From: Oscillospiraceae bacterium
GTDB lineage: Bacteria; Bacillota; Clostridia; Oscillospirales; Ruminococcaceae
Direction of reading: 5' to 3'
Assembly (NCBI GenBank): GCA_045649685.1
Contig: JAZRQJ010000007.1
Coordinates: 52,658-116,657 of the forward strand
Length of the DNA: 64,000 bases
Both the position numbers and the translations under genes were made by a program. This document shows positions 59,106 through 64,000 of this stretch, piece by piece; within the stretch, counting starts at the first letter, position 1, and each line of letters begins with the position of its first letter. The notes beneath the pieces were generated by a model. The model worked only from the letters and a program-made list of their open reading frames with translations. It was not told the DNA's origin and did no database searches.

Positions 59106-59287
59106 AGTTTAAATTCTCTCCCAAATACATAATATTAACACTAATTATAGACATTAACTGTTAATATTTTAATTTCAAGTATATATAAATTTGTCGAAAA
59201 ACTGAATTTTGCTCATTATGTGTAGTTTTTTGACTGTTAGCTTCATAATTTCCATTTGCCAAGGGAGTAAATGCTATATCTAAAATT

Positions 59288-59764
59288 TTATAAACTACTA
59301 ACTTGATCTATCTTTGTAATTAAGTTTCTTATTTTAGTGTTTAAATTTGCAGTAAGATAACATTTTGAATCGTTTAAATTGGGAGTTTTTAATTGATTAG
59401 TATAATATTTTTCATTTATAATATCCATAAAAGAAAAAATGTTGTCTAATTGAGAACCTATTGAATTAGAATTACCATCATTAGCAGTTTCATTTAGTTC
59501 GTTAGCCACACTAATGTCAGAGACTTTTAAATTATTTAATTTCTTATAAACAGTCATTAAGTCTTTTGTGACAAAATGATCAAAACTAGCGAACAAAATA
59601 TACCAATTTAACTTTTTTAGTTTTGTTTTGTTAAACAATTGCACTTGGTCATCTATTTGAGCATTGCTGCAATCTGCACTCCTAGCAGCGGATGTGGGAA
59701 GTGTTGTTACCGATGAAATTGTAAGTATGCATAGCATAGTTGAAACAATTTTTTTGATAATCAT
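59288..59764 (-). CDS. secreted hypothetical protein, paralog 2
   Basis: Signal peptide '...TTLPTSA/ARS'. 'SDISVANELNETANDGNSNSIGSQLDNIFSF' is nearly identical to paralog 3. The start is set at the ATG 8 nt after GGAGG. Confidence 0.65.
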   Translation of the reverse strand: MIIKKIVSTMLCILTISSVTTLPTSAARSADCSNAQIDDQVQLFNKTKLKKLNWYILFASFDHFVTKDLMTVYKKLNNLKVSDISVANELNETANDGNSNSIGSQLDNIFSFMDIINEKYYTNQLKTPNLNDSKCYLTANLNTKIRNLITKIDQVSSL

Positions 59765-59954
59765 AATCATAACCTCCTAAAAATATGTAATAATTAACAC
59801 CAAGTGTATGATATGGACTGGTAAATGTTAACCATAAATGCATATAAATTTGTCTAAAAAATCGATTTGTGTATTGAGTTTTAATTTCTAAATAATTAAG
59901 TGGGCATGATTAGTTTTATTATTAATTTCATTTCAAATTTATTTTTTTAGAATT

Positions 59955-60440
59955 TTATAAATTGCTGACTTGATCTATTCTTTCAAATAATTTTTTGATT
60001 TTAGTATTGAATTTTGGGGCAAAATAACGATTAAAATAAGTTGGATTTGATTTTTCAAATGGGTTTCTACCAAACGTTTCGACGATAGTGTCAAGAAATG
60101 AAAATAGGTTTTCCAACTGACAACCTATTGAATTAGAATTACTACTGTTAGCAGTTTCGTTTAATTCGTTGGCAACACTAATGTCAGAAACTATTAAATC
60201 ATCTAATTTTTGGTATAACGTTATTAAACTTTTTGCCATAGGATGATAAGGATTTATGTGTGAAATATACCAGTTTAACATACTCAATTTTGAGTCGTTA
60301 AAGTCCATTACTTTAATTAAAATTTGAGGATTGCTTAATTTTGACAACTTTATAGTCTTAGCTGCAGAAACTGGAATTAACATTGATGTCATAGTTATCA
60401 AAAAACAAAAAATAATTAAAGCAACATTTCTAATATTCAT
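59955..60440 (-). CDS. secreted hypothetical protein, paralog 3
   Basis: Signal peptide '...MLIPVSA/AKT', plus 'SDISVANELNETANSSNSNSIGCQLENLFSF' and C-terminal 'IDQVSNL'. G-rich RBS. Confidence 0.65.
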   Translation of the reverse strand: MNIRNVALIIFCFLITMTSMLIPVSAAKTIKLSKLSNPQILIKVMDFNDSKLSMLNWYISHINPYHPMAKSLITLYQKLDDLIVSDISVANELNETANSSNSNSIGCQLENLFSFLDTIVETFGRNPFEKSNPTYFNRYFAPKFNTKIKKLFERIDQVSNL

Positions 60441-60517
60441 TATCTAAGCCCCCCAAACAATTAAATTAATTTAAAACTCTGAAGAAATTAATGAAAAAAA
60501 GTATATTATTTTACGCA

Positions 60518-60546
60518 ATTATACATGTCAAATTTGTTTGTGTCAA
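60518..60546 (-). promoter_or_regulatory. sigma-A-type promoter for paralog 3
   Basis: On the minus strand: TTGACA (60546-60541), a 17-nt spacer, then TATAAT (60523-60518). Confidence 0.7.
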
Positions 60547-60592
60547 GTGTAAAATGGATAAAATTATTAAAAATTAATAAAATATTTGATTT

Positions 60593-61675
60593 TTATATTA
60601 AACTTTCTTGATTTCTATTTTTATATAAGGATAATGCAATTTGAATTATTATTGGAATAAATATTACTCCTAAAATTCCGAACAATTTTATTCCTATATA
60701 TACTGATATTAATGTAACAAGAGGATGCATGCCAAGTTGATTTCCTAAAATTTTTGGTTCTAAAAAACTATGTAAAATTCCCACTATTAAATTTAATATT
60801 ATTAATTCTAAACCTAGCTTTATGTTTCCGATGCTTATTGATATTAAACACCATGGTAGAATAATAATTCCTGATCCAATTAGAGGAATTGCATCACAAA
60901 TTGATATTAATGCTGCTATGCCGATTGGATTTTCTATTCCTATTATTAAAAAGCCAAATATTAATTCTATGAAGGTTAAGAACATTAATATTAGATAAGC
61001 TTTAGTATACTTTGTTATTGTTTTGATGGTGTACATTTTGGTTTGAAATATTAATGTTCTTTGTTTTTTGGGCAAAAATTTTGTTATATTTAGAGCTATG
61101 TTATTATAATCTGAACTAATAAATATTGATGACATTATTGCAAATATTAAACCAACAAAAAAATTAGGAACGCTAATTCCAATTTTTGCAATCCAAATTA
61201 TTATTGAATGTGATAGTGTAGCTATGGCTTGATTTAATCCGCTAGTAGCAATTTTTATGATTTCATTTGTTTGTTCTGTCAAATTAGGTAAGATTTGAGA
61301 TACTATTGTGATTGTCAGTTCATTAATTTTGAATATGTAGGGTAGAATATAATTTTCATATATGCTATTTGAAGATCCATAAAAAGATTGTATAGCTTCA
61401 ATAATTTTACTGCCAATTAAACATACTAAAAATATTATTAATATGTATGCTATTACTACAACTAAGGTTCCGCAAATTTTACAATTTAAATTGCTTTTTT
61501 TACAAATGACTCTAGATATGGGCTTTAAAATTATTGATATAAAAAAACCGACCAAAAATGGCATAAAAAATGGAAGAATGTATTTTAATAGTAAAAAGAT
61601 TATTAAAATTATTGTTGAAATGTAAGCAATATAAATTAGTATTTGTTTTTTATTTTTTAAATTTATTTGTTCCAT
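60593..61675 (-). CDS. AI-2E family transporter / YtvI-like sporulation integral membrane protein
   Basis: 360 aa with about 8 TM helices. The N-terminal 'LKYILPFFMPFLVGFFISIILKP' and C-terminal 'LEPKILGNQLGMHPLVTL' fit the PerM/AI-2E pattern. Confidence 0.7.
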   Translation of the reverse strand: MEQINLKNKKQILIYIAYISTIILIIFLLLKYILPFFMPFLVGFFISIILKPISRVICKKSNLNCKICGTLVVVIAYILIIFLVCLIGSKIIEAIQSFYGSSNSIYENYILPYIFKINELTITIVSQILPNLTEQTNEIIKIATSGLNQAIATLSHSIIIWIAKIGISVPNFFVGLIFAIMSSIFISSDYNNIALNITKFLPKKQRTLIFQTKMYTIKTITKYTKAYLILMFLTFIELIFGFLIIGIENPIGIAALISICDAIPLIGSGIIILPWCLISISIGNIKLGLELIILNLIVGILHSFLEPKILGNQLGMHPLVTLISVYIGIKLFGILGVIFIPIIIQIALSLYKNRNQESLI

Positions 61676-61820
61676 TTATCTACCGCCTCTATTTTTGTTA
61701 TATGATATGTAAATTAATTATATTTATATTCTGAAAATATCGTTATAATGAATGGTATATATGTAGTAAAAATAAATATAATGTTGTGGAAATTGGGGAC
61801 TTTTGTATATTATTGTAAGC

Positions 61821-61849
61821 TTGACATAATCGATTTTATAAGCTAAAAT
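61821..61849 (+). promoter_or_regulatory. sigma-A-type promoter for the aconitase gene
   Basis: TTGACA (61821-61826), a 17-nt spacer, then TAAAAT (61844-61849). Confidence 0.6.
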
Positions 61850-61886
61850 ATCACTTAGTATTTTTATAATGGGAGAGGTTTTAATC

Positions 61887-63818
61887 ATGGGTTACACAAT
61901 AGCTGAAAAAATCATTAAAGAGCATATTGTTTCAGGTGAAATGAGACGTGGAGCTAAGATAGCTTTAAAGATAGATCAAACATTAACTCAAGATGCAACA
62001 GGAACAATGGCTTATTTGCAATTTGAAGCATTGGGTGTTGATAGAGTTAAAACCGAGAAAAGTGTTGCGTACATAGATCATAATACTTTGCAGTCTGGTT
62101 TTATGAATGCAGATGATCACAAATATATAGGAAGTGTTGCCAAAAAACATGGAATATATTTTTCAAGGCCAGGGAATGGAATTTGTCATCAGGTGCACTT
62201 GGAGCGTTTTGGAAAACCAGGCAAAACTTTAATTGGTTCAGATAGTCATACGCCAACTGGTGGTGGAATTGGAATGCTTGCGTGTGGTGCTGGTGGATTT
62301 GATGTTGCTTGTGCTATGGCTGGTAAACCATACTATATTACCATGCCTCAAATGGTTAGGGTTAATTTGATTGGTGCACTAAAGCCTTGGGTTAGTGCAA
62401 AAGATATTATATTGAAAGTCTTGCAAATTATGACTGTTAAAGGTGGAGTTGGAAAAATAATTGAGTATGGTGGAGAAGGTGTGAGCTCTTTGTCTGTTCC
62501 GGAGCGTGCTACAATAACTAATATGGGAGCTGAACTGGGAGCAACAACTTCAATTTTCCCTTCTGATGAGGTAACTCATGAGTTCTTAAGAGCTCAGGGG
62601 AGAGAACAAGATTGGGTTTCTTTGTTGGCAGATAGTGACGCTGTTTATGATGAAGTAATTAATGTTGATTTAGATTCGTTAGCTCCTATGGTTGCGTGTC
62701 CACATTCTCCTGATAATGTAAAATCTGTGGACGAAGTTGGTAAATTAAAAGTAGACCAAGTTTGCATAGGATCTTGTACAAATTCTTCATTAACAGACAT
62801 GATGAAAGTTGCGCACATATTGAGAGGTAAAAAAATTCATCCCGATGTTTCTTTGTCTATAGCACCAGGATCTAAGCAGGTTTTAACTATGTTGGCGCGA
62901 AATGGCATGCTTGCTGATATGATTGATGCAGGAGCAAGAATTTTGGAGAGTGCTTGTGGACCATGTATAGGAATGGGCCAATCTCCAAATTCAAAGGGAG
63001 TTTCTTTAAGGACTTTTAACCGTAATTTCCTTGGACGTAGCGGAACAAAAGATGCTCAAATTTATTTGATTTCTCCTGAAGTTGCAGCTTATTCTGCATT
63101 GAATGGTGTTCTTTCTAATCCAACAGAATTGGAAAGCATGCCTAGCTTTAAAATGCCTGAATTTTTTATGGTTAACGATAATATGATTGAACCTCCAGCG
63201 AGCGTTGAAGATGCATCAACAGTTGAAGTGTTTAGAGGACCTAACATAAAACCTTTCCCTGTTGCAGATAAACTTCCAGAAAGTATTAGTGCAGAGGTTG
63301 TTTTGAAAGTTGATGATAATATAACCACTGATCATATTATGCCTGCTGGTTCGAAAATTTTGCCATATCGTTCAAATATTCCTTATTTATCTAAATTTTG
63401 CTTTGAAGTTGTGGATCCTACATTTGCTGAGCGTGCAAATAAGGTGGAAAATGGAGTTATAGTTGGTGGAATAAACTACGGACAAGGTTCGTCTCGTGAA
63501 CATGCAGCTCTAGTTCCGCTTTATTTAGGAATTAAGGTTGTTCTGACCAAGAGTTTTGCAAGAATACACGAAGCAAATTTGATTAACACAGGTATATTGC
63601 CATTAACTTTTGTAAATGAAGACGATTATAGCAAAATAGATCAAGACGATAAGTTAGAAATTTTGAATTTGAGAGAAGCTATTCAAAATAATGAACCAAT
63701 TGTTTTGATGAATAGGACTAAAGGCATTGAAATTGGAGTTAGATATAATCTTGAAGATAGAGATAGGGACATTATATTAGCTGGTGGGCTTTTGAATTAT
63801 TTGAAAAGCACATTTTAG
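61887..63818 (+). CDS. acn: aconitate hydratase (about 640-aa form)
   Basis: Motifs 'IDQTLTQDATG', 'GSDSHTP', 'CIGSCTNS', 'CGPCIGMG' and 'GINYGQGSSREHAA'. The start is set at MGYTIAEK behind GGGAGAGG. Confidence 0.93.
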   Translation: MGYTIAEKIIKEHIVSGEMRRGAKIALKIDQTLTQDATGTMAYLQFEALGVDRVKTEKSVAYIDHNTLQSGFMNADDHKYIGSVAKKHGIYFSRPGNGICHQVHLERFGKPGKTLIGSDSHTPTGGGIGMLACGAGGFDVACAMAGKPYYITMPQMVRVNLIGALKPWVSAKDIILKVLQIMTVKGGVGKIIEYGGEGVSSLSVPERATITNMGAELGATTSIFPSDEVTHEFLRAQGREQDWVSLLADSDAVYDEVINVDLDSLAPMVACPHSPDNVKSVDEVGKLKVDQVCIGSCTNSSLTDMMKVAHILRGKKIHPDVSLSIAPGSKQVLTMLARNGMLADMIDAGARILESACGPCIGMGQSPNSKGVSLRTFNRNFLGRSGTKDAQIYLISPEVAAYSALNGVLSNPTELESMPSFKMPEFFMVNDNMIEPPASVEDASTVEVFRGPNIKPFPVADKLPESISAEVVLKVDDNITTDHIMPAGSKILPYRSNIPYLSKFCFEVVDPTFAERANKVENGVIVGGINYGQGSSREHAALVPLYLGIKVVLTKSFARIHEANLINTGILPLTFVNEDDYSKIDQDDKLEILNLREAIQNNEPIVLMNRTKGIEIGVRYNLEDRDRDIILAGGLLNYLKSTF

Positions 63819-64000
63819 TCAATTTGAGATTTTATTGAGTTGAGCGCAGTTTTTTCTAGCCGACTGACTTGTGCTTGAGATATGCCTATTTCTTCTGCAA
63901 CTTCTACTTGTGTTTTTCCAGATAAAAATCTTAGAGACAATATTCTTTTTTCACGATCAGTTAAGTTTGCGATTGTTTTTTTGATAAGCATTTGATTTAG
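63815..64000 (-). CDS. sigma-70 family sigma factor, C-terminal region 4 only (5' part lies beyond the window); SigF/SigG-like
   Basis: My own translation of the reverse strand gives ...LTDREKRILSLRFLSGKTQVEVAEEIGISQAQVSRLEKTALNSIKSQID*. The 'GISQAQVSRLEK' context is typical of the sporulation/SigB group. This ORF is not in the track because it is truncated. Confidence 0.75.
   Translation of the reverse strand, partial: LNQMLIKKTIANLTDREKRILSLRFLSGKTQVEVAEEIGISQAQVSRLEKTALNSIKSQID

Overview
This is an AT-rich, Firmicutes/Clostridia-type chromosomal segment. Spore-former markers are present: spoVS, a YtvI-like permease, a SigF/G-type sigma factor fragment and an orphan PAS kinase. From about 0 to 50 kb the window is dense core housekeeping on both strands: fabF-accB-fabZ-accC-accD-accA-acpP, alaS, a HIT protein, rplM-rpsI, an isolated hisZ/hisG-like pair, rlmB, ilvD, icd-rex, tRNA-Thr/tRNA-Tyr, purB, asp23-yloV-recG-thrS, spoVS, ymdB, gltX, pfkA, ackA, gap, pyrG, rnr, secG, parE-parC, a cyclophilin lipoprotein and cysS. 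From about 50.5 to 61.7 kb the content looks accessory. It holds a minimal sortase-dependent pilus locus (one LPXTG pilin, two sortases), two GNAT acetyltransferases, a NifU-like + GGGtGRT operon of unknown function, and three tandem paralogous secreted proteins. It also holds a GC-enriched structured element with its own plus-strand terminator, lying antisense between minus-strand genes. Aconitase and a partial sporulation-type sigma factor close the window. I saw no rRNA, CRISPR array, transposase or integrase. The observations most worth follow-up are:
- the NifU-like/GGGtGRT operon and the adjacent candidate ncRNA;
- the secreted paralog family;
- a P-type-ATPase homolog with every catalytic motif degenerate;
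- two tandem membrane-protein paralogs with in-frame stops followed by still-homologous reading frames;
- a phased array of direct repeats upstream of rlmB;
- a hisG-like gene with a degenerate PRPP loop.
All product calls come from motif recognition in the supplied translations; no database search was run. Coordinates of non-CDS features were counted by hand and may be off by 1-2 nt.
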